Part shown: positions 18,304 to 27,583 of the stretch, one piece after another
How the letters are laid out: the number at the start of each line of letters is the position of its first letter
How positions within the stretch are numbered: position 1 is the stretch's first letter
Source: Candidatus Bipolaricaulota bacterium
GTDB lineage: Bacteria; Bipolaricaulota; Bipolaricaulia; UBA7950; UBA9294
DNA length: 59,051 nt
Direction: 5' to 3'
Assembly: GCA_030611415.1 (NCBI GenBank)
Contig: JAUWPW010000003.1
Span: forward strand, 1-59,051
Notes under the pieces: model-generated
Databases searched by the model: none
The model's input: only the letters and a program-made list of their open reading frames with translations
Told to the model about the DNA's origin: nothing
Translations under genes and position numbers: made by a program

Positions 18304-18810
18304 ATGACTTTATCCAATGCTATCTACCCAGGGAGTTTCGACCCGATTACCTATGGACATATTGATATTGTTCGGCGGGCAATAAGGTTATTCGATAGTC
18401 TGGTAATTGCTGTAGTAGCTAATCCACGCAAAAAACCGCTTTTCTCTGCGACCGAGCGGGTGAAAATTGCTGAGACTGCACTTGCTGAATCCAACATCTC
18501 TGGAGTAAAGGTGATGGGTTACGATGGCCTATTGATCAATTGTGCCAAGGCCTACAATGTACAGGCGATTGTGCGTGGTCTGCGTGCGAATTCGGATTTT
18601 GACTATGAGTTTCAGATGGCTCTCACAAACCGCGACCTGGACTCCGATATTGAAACTGTCTTCTTTATGACAGCTGGTTCCTATAGCTTTCTTTCTTCTT
18701 CCATCGTTAAAGAAGTGAAGCGCTTTGGCGGAGAGATTAAGTCTTTTGTTCCTAAGTCAGTGGAACAAGCCCTTGCTCAGAAATTTGAGTCGCTGACAAG
18801 TAATCGGTAA
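18304..18810 (+). CDS. coaD: Phosphopantetheine adenylyltransferase
   Basis: 168 aa. YPGSFDPITYGHIDIV is the signature nucleotidyltransferase motif of CoaD. Confidence 0.95.
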   Translation: MTLSNAIYPGSFDPITYGHIDIVRRAIRLFDSLVIAVVANPRKKPLFSATERVKIAETALAESNISGVKVMGYDGLLINCAKAYNVQAIVRGLRANSDFDYEFQMALTNRDLDSDIETVFFMTAGSYSFLSSSIVKEVKRFGGEIKSFVPKSVEQALAQKFESLTSNR

Positions 18811-18888
18811 TCCTATCCTTCAAGAGATTCAGGGAATAGCTGCGTTTGGCGAGGTCTTGTTTCCCAGCCAACAATAGACCACTGCTGC

Positions 18889-18918
18889 TTGAAATGTGGC
18901 TATTTGTAGCTATAGACT
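18889..18918 (+). promoter_or_regulatory. Weak candidate sigma70-type promoter for the PiT gene
   Basis: TTGAAA (18889..18894), 18-nt spacer, TAGACT (18913..18918). Located 39 nt upstream of ATG 18957. Confidence 0.25.
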
Positions 18919-18956
18919 ATAGGCTCAAATAATGAAAGGTTGGGTAGAGTCATAGT

Positions 18957-19892
18957 ATGTGGACATTACTTGCAGGTGGGTTTATGGGTTGGGGGCTAGG
19001 CGCAAACGATGCAGCCAACCTGTTTGGTCCAGCGGTGGAAAGCAGAGCACTGAGATTCTGGACAGCTGCAGGGCTTGCTTCGTTTTTTGTCATCCTTGGT
19101 GCCATCTTTAGTGGCAGCCGCGGCTTTGACACCTATGGAGCCATCGGCACACAAACCTTGATGTCGAGTTTCATCATTATGCTTGCTGCCGGAGGCACAG
19201 TTGTCGTGATGACTCTCCTGGGACTTCCTATCTCATGCACACAGGCAACAGTAGGAGCTATCATTGGGGGAAGCCTGCTTAGAGAAGGGGTTGATTTTCA
19301 ACCACTCATAAAGATATTTATCTCATGGATTCTTACTCCGGTTGGAGGTCTAATCGCCGCCTATATTCCTTACAAACTTGCTTCTCTCTATCCAACAACT
19401 GCGCTTGGTCGCTTCTCTACACATGATCGCTTGATTCGTTGGGGGCTTGCTCTTGTTACTTGTTACGGTGCGTATTCTCTGGGGGCAAACAATGTAGCTA
19501 ATGTAACTGGTGTTTACGTAACTGCTGGCGTTACTGGAAAGTTTACCGCTGCACTGATTGGATCCATAGCAATTGCAATAGGGATTCTTACATTTAGCAG
19601 GAACGTGATCCACACTGTGGGAAGCCGCATCGTCCCACTGGACCCATTTGCTTCGCTAGTTGTCATCTTGGCGGAGGCAATTACTCTAAATGTCTATGCC
19701 GTGATAGGAGTTCCTGTTTCTGCTTCCCAGGCTGTAGTGGGCGCAGTGGTAGGAATTGGTCTTGTGAAAGGAACGCGGACAATTAATACCCGTGTTCTTC
19801 TACGGGTTTTGTTCGGATGGCTTGGCACCCCAGCAATTGCTTGCGCCCTCTGTATTGTGCTTGGGTTGCTCGTAGCAGTTGTTGCAGAATAA
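18957..19892 (+). CDS. PiT (PHO4) family inorganic phosphate/sulfate transporter, short form
   Basis: 311-aa polytopic protein carrying both PiT signature repeats (GANDAANLFG and GANNVANVTG). Confidence 0.85.
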   Translation: MWTLLAGGFMGWGLGANDAANLFGPAVESRALRFWTAAGLASFFVILGAIFSGSRGFDTYGAIGTQTLMSSFIIMLAAGGTVVVMTLLGLPISCTQATVGAIIGGSLLREGVDFQPLIKIFISWILTPVGGLIAAYIPYKLASLYPTTALGRFSTHDRLIRWGLALVTCYGAYSLGANNVANVTGVYVTAGVTGKFTAALIGSIAIAIGILTFSRNVIHTVGSRIVPLDPFASLVVILAEAITLNVYAVIGVPVSASQAVVGAVVGIGLVKGTRTINTRVLLRVLFGWLGTPAIACALCIVLGLLVAVVAE

Positions 19893-19895
19893 ACA

Positions 19896-19917
19896 GGGCC
19901 GGGATTGCTGCCGGCCT
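19896..19917. terminator. GC-rich hairpin between convergent PiT and ppdK genes
   Basis: GGGCCGG / CCGGCCT stem (6 GC pairs plus 1 G-U) with an 8-nt loop. On the minus strand it is followed by CTGTTTATTCT. There is no clean U-tract on the plus strand. Confidence 0.4.
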
Positions 19918-19949
19918 GGACCATTTAAAGGTGGTGTTACTCTCTTGTG

Positions 19950-22601
19950 TTATTTCTCAAGCGCTGCGTGTGCTGCCGCAAGGCGAGCAATCGGGACACG
20001 GTAAGGGCTGCAGCTTACATAGTCTAGTCCAATCCTGTGGCAAAACTGGATGGAAGATGGTTCTCCTCCATGCTCTCCACATATTCCGAGCTCGATATCA
20101 GGACGTGTCTTTCTGCCGAGTTTACATGCCATTTCTACCAGCTTGCCTACTCCATTCTGGTCAAGGACTTGGAACGGATCGTGTGCGTAGATCCCCTTGG
20201 CAACGTAGTCTTTCAAGAACTTGCCAGCATCGTCGCGGGAGAATCCACATGCCATCTGAGTGAGATCATTTGTGCCAAAGCTGAAGAACTCCGCCTCTTG
20301 TGCGATTTCGTCAGCGGTGATCGCTGCTCGTGGAACCTCAATCATTGTTCCAATCATGTAAGGGATATCCTTCTTACTTAATCCTCTTCTAGTTAGTACA
20401 TCCGTTGCAATGTGCTCGATTAGCTCGCGTTGCAAGCTGAGCTCTTTTATGCTCCCGACGAGTGGTACCATAATCTCAGGAAGGACAGCAATGCCTTCGG
20501 CCTGAACATTGCACGCTGCCTCCATAATTGCTCGTACCTGCATCTCTGAGATTTCAGGGTAAGTGATTCCGAGTCGGCAGCCGCGATGGCCGAGCATCGG
20601 ATTGAATTCATGGAGAGCATCGACCTTTTCCCTCACTTGTTCGGCCGATACTCCTATCACTTGCGCAAGCTCGCGCTGCCCTTCCTCGTCGTGAGGGAGA
20701 AACTCGTGTAACGGAGGGTCGAGGAAACGAATTGTCACGGGGCGTCCTTCCATTGCGCGGAAGAGTCCTTCGAAGTCACTTCTCTGCATAGGGAGAAGTT
20801 TGTCTAGCGCTTCTCTACGGCCGGTTTCATCATCGGCAAGGATCATCTCACGTACGGCGACGATTCTTCCTTCTTCAAAGAACATGTGCTCTGTGCGACA
20901 GAGGCCGATTCCCTCTGCTCCAAACTTGACCGCTGTCGCGGCATCCTGTGGGGTATCAGCATTGGCACGCACACCCAAACGGCGGATCTCATCAGCCCAT
21001 GTAAGGAGGGTTCCAAAGTCCCCAGATAGCTCCGGAGCAATTGTCGGAATCTCTCCAAGGTAGACAGCACCAGTTGATCCATTCAGACTGATCGGGTCTC
21101 CTCTGTTTATAGTATGTCCGCCAACAGAGACGGTTGCAGTGTTGTAGTCAATTGCAATCTCACCAGCACCAGCAACACAACACTTGCCCATTCCACGTGC
21201 TACTACCGCTGCATGGCTGGTCATGCCTCCGCGGGCGGTAAGGACCCCTTCAGCTACATGCATTCCACCGATATCTTCCGGGGATGTTTCAACTCGTACT
21301 AGAACAACTTTTGTCCCTTCTTGTACGGCTTTTTCCGCTTCTTCTGCAGAAAAGACAACCGCTCCAGTTGCTGCACCAGGGCTTGCCGGAAGGCCTTTGG
21401 TTAGTTGTGTGGCTTTTTGTTCCTCTTGTGGGTCAAAGGTAGGATGAAGGAGTTGGTCGATATGCTTAGGTGTGACTCTAAGTAGTGCCTCTTCTTTGCC
21501 TATCGTTCCATCTTGCGCCATTTCTACTGCCATACGGACAGCGGCTGCAGCAGTTCGCTTTCCGGTGCGGGTCTGCAACATATACAGATTACCGTCCTGA
21601 ATAGTAAACTCAACATCCTGCATGTCGTGATAGTGGTCTTCTAGTTTCTCGCGAATATCTGTGAGTTCGCTGTATACCTTGGGGAAAACATTTCTTAGAG
21701 TCTCTATTGGTTGTGGAGTACGAATTCCGGCGACAACGTCTTCTCCTTGAGCATTAATTAGGTATTCGCCGTAGAATAGGTTTTCCCCAGTTGCCGGATT
21801 GCGTGTAAATGCTACACCGGTTCCGCATCTTTCTCCCATGTTTCCGAACACCATTGCTTGCACGTTTACTGCGGTTCCGATCAGTCCATGGATCTCGTTG
21901 ATCTCTCGATACTTAATTGCACGGGGATTGTTCCATGATTTGAACACCGCGGTGATTGCTCCCCATAGTTGCTTGGCTGGATCTTGAGGGAATTCTACGT
22001 GGAGCTGTTCTTTAATCGTGGCCTTGTAGAGTGCAACAAGCTCTTTTAGGTCAGATACATCAAGCTCGGTGTCAAGCTTGACACCTTTCCTTGCCTTCAG
22101 CGTACCAAGGATTTTTTCGAATGGATCAATGTCTGTTTCGCTCTGCGGTCTTAGACCTAATACTACATCTCCATACATCTGTACAAGCCGACGGTAGGAA
22201 TCGTATGCGAACCGCTCGTTCCCGGCATTGGCGATGAGCCCTTTTACTGTCTCATCAGTTAAGCCAAGGTTCAGGACAGTATCCATCATCCCGGGCATGG
22301 AGACTGCGGCTCCGGACCGAACCGACACAAGCAAAGGATTGGACGGATCCCCAAACCTTTTTCCAGTTGCCTTCTCAAGGTTACCCATGTTCCCCTTGAG
22401 CTCCTCGCTCAAGCTGTCGGGATAGGATCCATCATGCTCATCGTAATAGCGACAGACTTCGGTAGACAGAGTGAAGCCCGGTGGGACAGGGATCCCTAGC
22501 CCTGCCATCTCGGCGAGGTTCGCACCCTTGCCTCCAAGAAGTTCCTTCATCGAGGAATTGCCCTCGCTCTCTCCTTTGCTGAAAAAAAAGATGTGTTTCA
22601 T
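19950..22601 (-). CDS. ppdK: Pyruvate, phosphate dikinase
   Basis: Motifs [12 protein letters not shown], the [13 protein letters not shown] phospho-histidine loop, and a PEP-utilising C-terminal domain. Start set at ATG 22601 (GGAGGT 8 nt upstream); the track's 10 extra residues were removed. Confidence 0.95.
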   Translation of the reverse strand: MKHIFFFSKGESEGNSSMKELLGGKGANLAEMAGLGIPVPPGFTLSTEVCRYYDEHDGSYPDSLSEELKGNMGNLEKATGKRFGDPSNPLLVSVRSGAAVSMPGMMDTVLNLGLTDETVKGLIANAGNERFAYDSYRRLVQMYGDVVLGLRPQSETDIDPFEKILGTLKARKGVKLDTELDVSDLKELVALYKATIKEQLHVEFPQDPAKQLWGAITAVFKSWNNPRAIKYREINEIHGLIGTAVNVQAMVFGNMGERCGTGVAFTRNPATGENLFYGEYLINAQGEDVVAGIRTPQPIETLRNVFPKVYSELTDIREKLEDHYHDMQDVEFTIQDGNLYMLQTRTGKRTAAAAVRMAVEMAQDGTIGKEEALLRVTPKHIDQLLHPTFDPQEEQKATQLTKGLPASPGAATGAVVFSAEEAEKAVQEGTKVVLVRVETSPEDIGGMHVAEGVLTARGGMTSHAAVVARGMGKCCVAGAGEIAIDYNTATVSVGGHTINRGDPISLNGSTGAVYLGEIPTIAPELSGDFGTLLTWADEIRRLGVRANADTPQDAATAVKFGAEGIGLCRTEHMFFEEGRIVAVREMILADDETGRREALDKLLPMQRSDFEGLFRAMEGRPVTIRFLDPPLHEFLPHDEEGQRELAQVIGVSAEQVREKVDALHEFNPMLGHRGCRLGITYPEISEMQVRAIMEAACNVQAEGIAVLPEIMVPLVGSIKELSLQRELIEHIATDVLTRRGLSKKDIPYMIGTMIEVPRAAITADEIAQEAEFFSFGTNDLTQMACGFSRDDAGKFLKDYVAKGIYAHDPFQVLDQNGVGKLVEMACKLGRKTRPDIELGICGEHGGEPSSIQFCHRIGLDYVSCSPYRVPIARLAAAHAALEK

Positions 22602-22645
22602 TAAGTTGTACCTCCATGGTCTGTAACGCATCGCAATCGGGTTGT

Positions 22646-23566
22646 TTACGTGGAAAAGAGAGCATCCACGAACTGATCGGATACAAACTCGTGTAAATCA
22701 TCCTTAGTCTCTCCCACTCCAATGTACATAATTGGAAGGGCCAGTTGTTTCTGGATAGTGAGTATTACTCCTCCTTTGGATGTTCCATCTAATTTCGTAA
22801 GAACAACTCCGGTAAGGTCAATTGCTGTGTGGAAAGAAATTGCTTGACAGATTCCATTTTGACCCGTAGTAGCATCGAGAATTAGAAGCCGTTCATCGGG
22901 CTTGTGGCCAAGCCTTTTCACGATGGTTCGGTTGATCTTTTGCAGCTCTTCCATCAAGTTGTGCTTGGTGTGTAAGCGACCAGCCGTATCGATAAATAAC
23001 ACTCCTCCGCGGCGGCGGGCATGTTCAAGTGCGTCGAACACAACGGCTGATGGATCGGCTCCGATACGGTGTTTTATCAGATCTGCATCTACTCGGTCTG
23101 CCCAAATATCGAGCTGGTCGATCGCTGCTGCACGGAAGGTATCAGCGGCTGCGAAGGTGATTGACATGGTGGGGTCATCTTCTCGTAGATGTGCAGCAAG
23201 CTTGGCTATTGTGGTCGTTTTTCCTGAGCCGTTCACTCCAGCGACAAGGATCACGGTTGGCTGGGAGTCATTGCGCAATGAAAGTGATCGTTCATAACCA
23301 GACAACCGGCTCTTGATCCCCTCTTTGAGTATGGCAAGTACCTCTTCTCTGCCTATACCCCTGGTTTTTCTGTGGCTGGAGAGCTCATCGACAAGCTCTG
23401 TGGCGATAGGGGCGCTGACGTCAGCGGAGATGAGAATCTCCTCAATCCTTTCTAGTTCCTCTCGATCCAGCTTCCCCCCTTGCCCGAGTGCCTGAGTGAT
23501 GGAATCAGTAAGTCGATTTCGAGTCTGCTCTAGTCCATTTCTCAACCGATCTGTCCAGGTCATCAC
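22646..23566 (-). CDS. ftsY: Signal recognition particle receptor FtsY (NG domain only)
   Basis: 306 aa. [15 protein letters not shown] and DTAGR motifs. The start overlaps the argS stop (GTGATG). Confidence 0.93.
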   Translation of the reverse strand: MMTWTDRLRNGLEQTRNRLTDSITQALGQGGKLDREELERIEEILISADVSAPIATELVDELSSHRKTRGIGREEVLAILKEGIKSRLSGYERSLSLRNDSQPTVILVAGVNGSGKTTTIAKLAAHLREDDPTMSITFAAADTFRAAAIDQLDIWADRVDADLIKHRIGADPSAVVFDALEHARRRGGVLFIDTAGRLHTKHNLMEELQKINRTIVKRLGHKPDERLLILDATTGQNGICQAISFHTAIDLTGVVLTKLDGTSKGGVILTIQKQLALPIMYIGVGETKDDLHEFVSDQFVDALFST

Positions 23567-25218
23567 ATCTCCTCAGGGATTGAGAGTCCAAGAAGTTGCA
23601 GGCTACGGTGAACTACAATCTGCACTCCACGCAAGAGAGCTAGACGAGCGGTGGTTAGCCGTTTCTGGTTGCCAAGAACACGGTAGGAGTCATAGTAGGC
23701 GTGAAAAGCGCGCGCGAGTGTCAATGCGTAGTCCGTAATTAGATGTGGCGAGAACTCGAATGCTGCCTGTTGCAGCATCTCAGGGAAGCGATCCAGTTGC
23801 TTGATAAGATCAAGCTCTTCTCTTTTCTCTAGTGGGCTGAGATCTACTTGTGCAGACATGGCAGGTGAGCCAATCCTGCGAAAAATGGATGCAATACGCG
23901 TATGAGCGTATTGAATGTAATAGAGCGGGTTGTCAAGGGATTGTGTGCGCGCTAGATCCATATCGAATTCTAGATGGCTTGTTGGTTTGCGTGCAGCCAT
24001 GAAGTAGCGGACCACGTTGCGCCCTAACTCGTCCAGCAGATCGTTCAGCAGAATGAACTTTCCGGCACGCGTAGACATCCTGGTGGTTTTCTCGTGTTCT
24101 TTAATACTCACGAATTGATGTACAGCATAGTCTAAGAAGTCCTCTGGATAACCAAGTATGCGCATTGCCGCTTGCATGGAAGATTGTTCCACTTGATGAT
24201 CCGCTCCCTGTACATTGATCACATGGGTAAACCCTCGTCGATGTTTGTTGATATGATAAGCAATATCAACCATGAGATAGGTTGGGCGACCATCGCTGCG
24301 CACGAGGACAGAATCCTTTACTCCACGGTTTTCCTCAGTCTTGAGCCAGATTGCGCCCTCAAGTTCGTAGACACCATCATGTGCTTTCAATGCCTTCAAG
24401 GCTGCGGTTACTTCTCCGCTGTGATGTAGTGTTTGTTCACTGAACCACGAGTCAAATTCCACGCCAAGTAGGCTGAGGTCATTCTTAATCATTGAGCTGA
24501 TTCGTGAGATTGCGTCTTGTTTGAATCGATGACTGGTCTGCTCATCAAAGTCTGTAAAAGAAGGACCGTGCTCTTTTACAACTTGACGTGCAATATCGAC
24601 TATGTACTCTCCTTGGTATCCCTGTTCAGGGATGTTAATGGTATCTCCGAATTCCTGTCTATAACGTGCCCATAGCGATTGTGCCAACAGATCAATTTGA
24701 TGACCTTCATCATTGAAGTAGTATTCACGGGATACCTCATAGCCAAGGTTTGTGTACAAAGAGGCAAGCACATCACCCAAGACTGCTTGGCGGCCGTGCC
24801 CTACTGTAAGCGGGCCGGTGGGGTTTGAGCTGACAAACTCGACCTGCAAGGGTTCTTGCTGTCCAATAGTCGAGTACCCAAAGCGATTACCCATCTCCAA
24901 GATCTGCCGCAGTGCGGAGTGAATCAATGAAGGCGCTAGAAAGACATTGACAAACCCTGGCCCAGCGATTTCTACCCGTGAGTAGAGCTCTGTTGTGGTA
25001 TCTGTTCTTAGTGCATTGGCGAATTCTGTTGCCAACTCGTGAGCAGAAAAGGTAGTATTCCTTGCTTCGGCTAGTGCGATACTTGAGGAAAAATCGCCGA
25101 ATTCCGGTCGAGTGGATTGTTCCACTTCTATGAGCGCAATCCCTTTGTTTACTCTCTCATTAGCCTCAAGTCTGTGCCATGCCTTGGCAAATGAGCGCTT
25201 AACTAGTGTTTTTAGCAT
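23563..25218 (-). CDS. argS: Arginine--tRNA ligase
   Basis: 551 aa. Class I HIGH-region SSNPTGPLTVGHGR, an MSTR(AG)K-like loop, and a DALR anticodon-binding C-terminus. Confidence 0.95.
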   Translation of the reverse strand: MLKTLVKRSFAKAWHRLEANERVNKGIALIEVEQSTRPEFGDFSSSIALAEARNTTFSAHELATEFANALRTDTTTELYSRVEIAGPGFVNVFLAPSLIHSALRQILEMGNRFGYSTIGQQEPLQVEFVSSNPTGPLTVGHGRQAVLGDVLASLYTNLGYEVSREYYFNDEGHQIDLLAQSLWARYRQEFGDTINIPEQGYQGEYIVDIARQVVKEHGPSFTDFDEQTSHRFKQDAISRISSMIKNDLSLLGVEFDSWFSEQTLHHSGEVTAALKALKAHDGVYELEGAIWLKTEENRGVKDSVLVRSDGRPTYLMVDIAYHINKHRRGFTHVINVQGADHQVEQSSMQAAMRILGYPEDFLDYAVHQFVSIKEHEKTTRMSTRAGKFILLNDLLDELGRNVVRYFMAARKPTSHLEFDMDLARTQSLDNPLYYIQYAHTRIASIFRRIGSPAMSAQVDLSPLEKREELDLIKQLDRFPEMLQQAAFEFSPHLITDYALTLARAFHAYYDSYRVLGNQKRLTTARLALLRGVQIVVHRSLQLLGLSIPEEM

Positions 25219-25241
25219 GATATTGTAGTTTAGTGGTCTGG

Positions 25242-25505
25242 TTACTTCTCGATGATGAACCGTATCCCTGTTTTATCCTTGCCTGCTATCTCCAGTTCTA
25301 TGAATCCAGGAATGACCTTAAGCGGAACGTCGCTATCTCTCTGTGCTATCAATCGTTTGGCAATAGCAATCGCTTTTACTGATTGATTCACTGCACCTGC
25401 ACCTATTGCGTGTATTTCTACGGCTGCATCCTGTTCTAGCGCACCAGCGATTGCGCCAGCCACCGAATTTGGGTTTGATCGAGATGCAACCTTCAATAGT
25501 TCCAT
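25242..25505 (-). CDS. spoVS: SpoVS family protein
   Basis: 87 aa. MELLKVASRSNPNSVAGAIAG...AIGAGAVNQSVKAIAIA closely matches the SpoVS family signature. Confidence 0.9.
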   Translation of the reverse strand: MELLKVASRSNPNSVAGAIAGALEQDAAVEIHAIGAGAVNQSVKAIAIAKRLIAQRDSDVPLKVIPGFIELEIAGKDKTGIRFIIEK

Positions 25506-25559
25506 GGTTACTACTCCTATTGCGTTTCTCTACGATGTTGTTTGATCCCTTATTAGGCA

Positions 25560-25588
25560 AGTATAGCAGGGACATCTTGCACTGTCAA
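25560..25588 (-). promoter_or_regulatory. Candidate sigma70 promoter of the spoVS-argS-ftsY-ppdK operon
   Basis: On the minus strand: TTGACA (25588..25583), 17-nt spacer, then extended -10 TGcTATACT (-10 at 25565..25560). About 50 nt upstream of the spoVS ATG. Confidence 0.5.
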
Positions 25589-25593
25589 AACAG

Positions 25594-27429
25594 TTGTCAC
25601 AAGCTATGGCAGAACTTAGTATATATGATATGTGGCTTAAGGACCTGCGTAGACGAGTGCTGCATAACCCGGTAACTTCAACTATTGGCGGGCTAGCCCT
25701 TGGTGGAATTGCAATCGGTATTGTGGTTGCCATTATCGTATTCTGGATCCAACCCATGTCTACGCCAGAGCTAGAGGGGACTATCCACTATCGCGAAGGG
25801 CGGTTTACGCTGTGGTATCAACGGGATTCCGTTGGAGTGACAACACACAGCGTGCTGGCTGACCTTCTGGCCGAGGAGTATCACCAGCTCATTGATCTTC
25901 TCGATGTTGATAGCGATCTTGTTCCTAGTCCGATTGATGTCTTCATTCACGACGATATTACCGCGATGCGAACGTCGATCGTTAAGCGTAAGAGTCCTAA
26001 CAGCTGCTCGGTTTATCTTGCGCCACTCGATCTGCTTGCTGGGGAGGATCCGCGTGAGTGTCTAGCTGAGCTGGTCCTGGCATTTGGTTGGGGGCAATGC
26101 GGGTCACAGATTCTCCAGACCGGAACAAAGTTATATGCAGTAGAGCCCGGACGAAACTTCCATGCAGTACTTGCTGCTCTGCCTGAGCGGTTTTTTCTTT
26201 CCCTGTCGGAGCTGATGCGAATTGAGGAGAGAGGGTACTTCCCGAAATCAGTATATCAACAGTTTGACTCGCCCTATGCCCTAGCGTCGATCGCATTCAG
26301 CAATATTCGGAGCCTGTTGGCGCTTGACATAAGCGGAGAAGTATTGCCGGAGAATATTGAAGCCCTGGAAGCAGCCTCGTTTGTACAGTTCCTTGTGGAA
26401 ACAAAGGGAGGGATCCAAGCACTGAAACGTGCATGGGGTAAGGGATCAAGCGAGAAGCTGCTCCGGCGTATTGGTCCGCTGTCTCCAGAGGAGATCGGAA
26501 CGGAGTGGTATGCAGAAGGAGTCAGACAAGGAAAGGATGACACCGACTTTCCGTATCTAATGGCCTACTATCTGTTAGCGGGGGGGTCACCGGACGCAGC
26601 GTGGGCGGAAGCTCAGACGTGGCTGCTTGATGGTCTCTCTGATGTCGAGCTGCTTGTTGGCGCAAGGTGTGCCCTCTCCGTGGGGGACTTCTCTGCAGCA
26701 GGCGAGATTGCGACGTATCTTGACGAGCAGGAAGCAAAGAATGAACTGGAACAGTACTTGGTTTTGTATCAGGATTGGAACGTGGAAGAGACCACTGGTC
26801 TGCGTATCTTCTTTTCGCCAGAAGCCATGCGCGAATCAGGAGTGAGGAGTATCGCCGAAGTTGCAGGTATTTATGCGCGAATGTCTGCTAGACTTGGTCT
26901 TTCCCCGAGCGATCTTCCGGAGCGACTAACGTTATTCTTGTATTCTGATGCGTTGTTGCGGGATAGTGGTGCAATGCTTACACCTCTTTCCGCGATACAG
27001 AGCGGAGCCCTGCATCTCCTTGTTACTGATGATATCGCTTATTGCCTTGGGGAAATGCTTCCTGGCTATGCCTGGCAGAAGAATACCTACTCTCGACTTC
27101 TACGAATTGGGCTTGCCGTTGCGCTCTCCCGCAGCGAAGAATGTCTTGCAGTAGAAGGGCGCCAGCTGCGGAATGAGGAGCGGTGGTTTTCATTGCCAAG
27201 ACTAGACATTGATATGATCGATCGAAAGACGGCTGAGATAGAAGCTGGTCTTCTTGTGAACTACGTTCTAGCTACGTACGGGGCAGAAGATCTCTCTCAG
27301 GTTTGGATACTGACTTCTCCTTTGGATTGCTACCTTTCCTTTGACATGGCCCTTGAAGAAGTGTGCCAAACAACGCGAAATAGGATTGAACAATGTCTCT
27401 TTTCTTCACTCTTGTCGTGTGGCGAATGA
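25594..27429 (+). CDS. Hypothetical N-terminally membrane-anchored protein with two degenerate peptidase-MA-like halves
   Basis: 611-aa ORF. TM segment IGGLALGGIAIGIVVAIIVFWI. Residues about 60-300 and 395-611 are alignable to each other. Start is TTG 25594 or ATG 25606, and neither has an obvious SD. Confidence 0.75.
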   Translation: MSQAMAELSIYDMWLKDLRRRVLHNPVTSTIGGLALGGIAIGIVVAIIVFWIQPMSTPELEGTIHYREGRFTLWYQRDSVGVTTHSVLADLLAEEYHQLIDLLDVDSDLVPSPIDVFIHDDITAMRTSIVKRKSPNSCSVYLAPLDLLAGEDPRECLAELVLAFGWGQCGSQILQTGTKLYAVEPGRNFHAVLAALPERFFLSLSELMRIEERGYFPKSVYQQFDSPYALASIAFSNIRSLLALDISGEVLPENIEALEAASFVQFLVETKGGIQALKRAWGKGSSEKLLRRIGPLSPEEIGTEWYAEGVRQGKDDTDFPYLMAYYLLAGGSPDAAWAEAQTWLLDGLSDVELLVGARCALSVGDFSAAGEIATYLDEQEAKNELEQYLVLYQDWNVEETTGLRIFFSPEAMRESGVRSIAEVAGIYARMSARLGLSPSDLPERLTLFLYSDALLRDSGAMLTPLSAIQSGALHLLVTDDIAYCLGEMLPGYAWQKNTYSRLLRIGLAVALSRSEECLAVEGRQLRNEERWFSLPRLDIDMIDRKTAEIEAGLLVNYVLATYGAEDLSQVWILTSPLDCYLSFDMALEEVCQTTRNRIEQCLFSSLLSCGE

Positions 27430-27512
27430 GCCTTGTTAGCGGCCAATAGATGCTAATCGAGCAAGCGATGGATAAGCCTCTTCCTCTATGCTGCGCGAGA
27501 GAAGTCCCGTGA

Positions 27513-27542
27513 TTGACAAACAGGCATTCGTTGTGTTATTCT
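27513..27542 (+). promoter_or_regulatory. Candidate sigma70 promoter of the peptide ABC operon
   Basis: TTGACA (27513..27518), 18-nt spacer, then extended -10 TGtTATTCT (27537..27542). The SD TAAGGAGGT lies 6 nt upstream of ATG 27584. Confidence 0.45.
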
Positions 27543-27583
27543 GTATAAAAGCAAGTTTGAAAACTGATTAAGGAGGTAATCAG

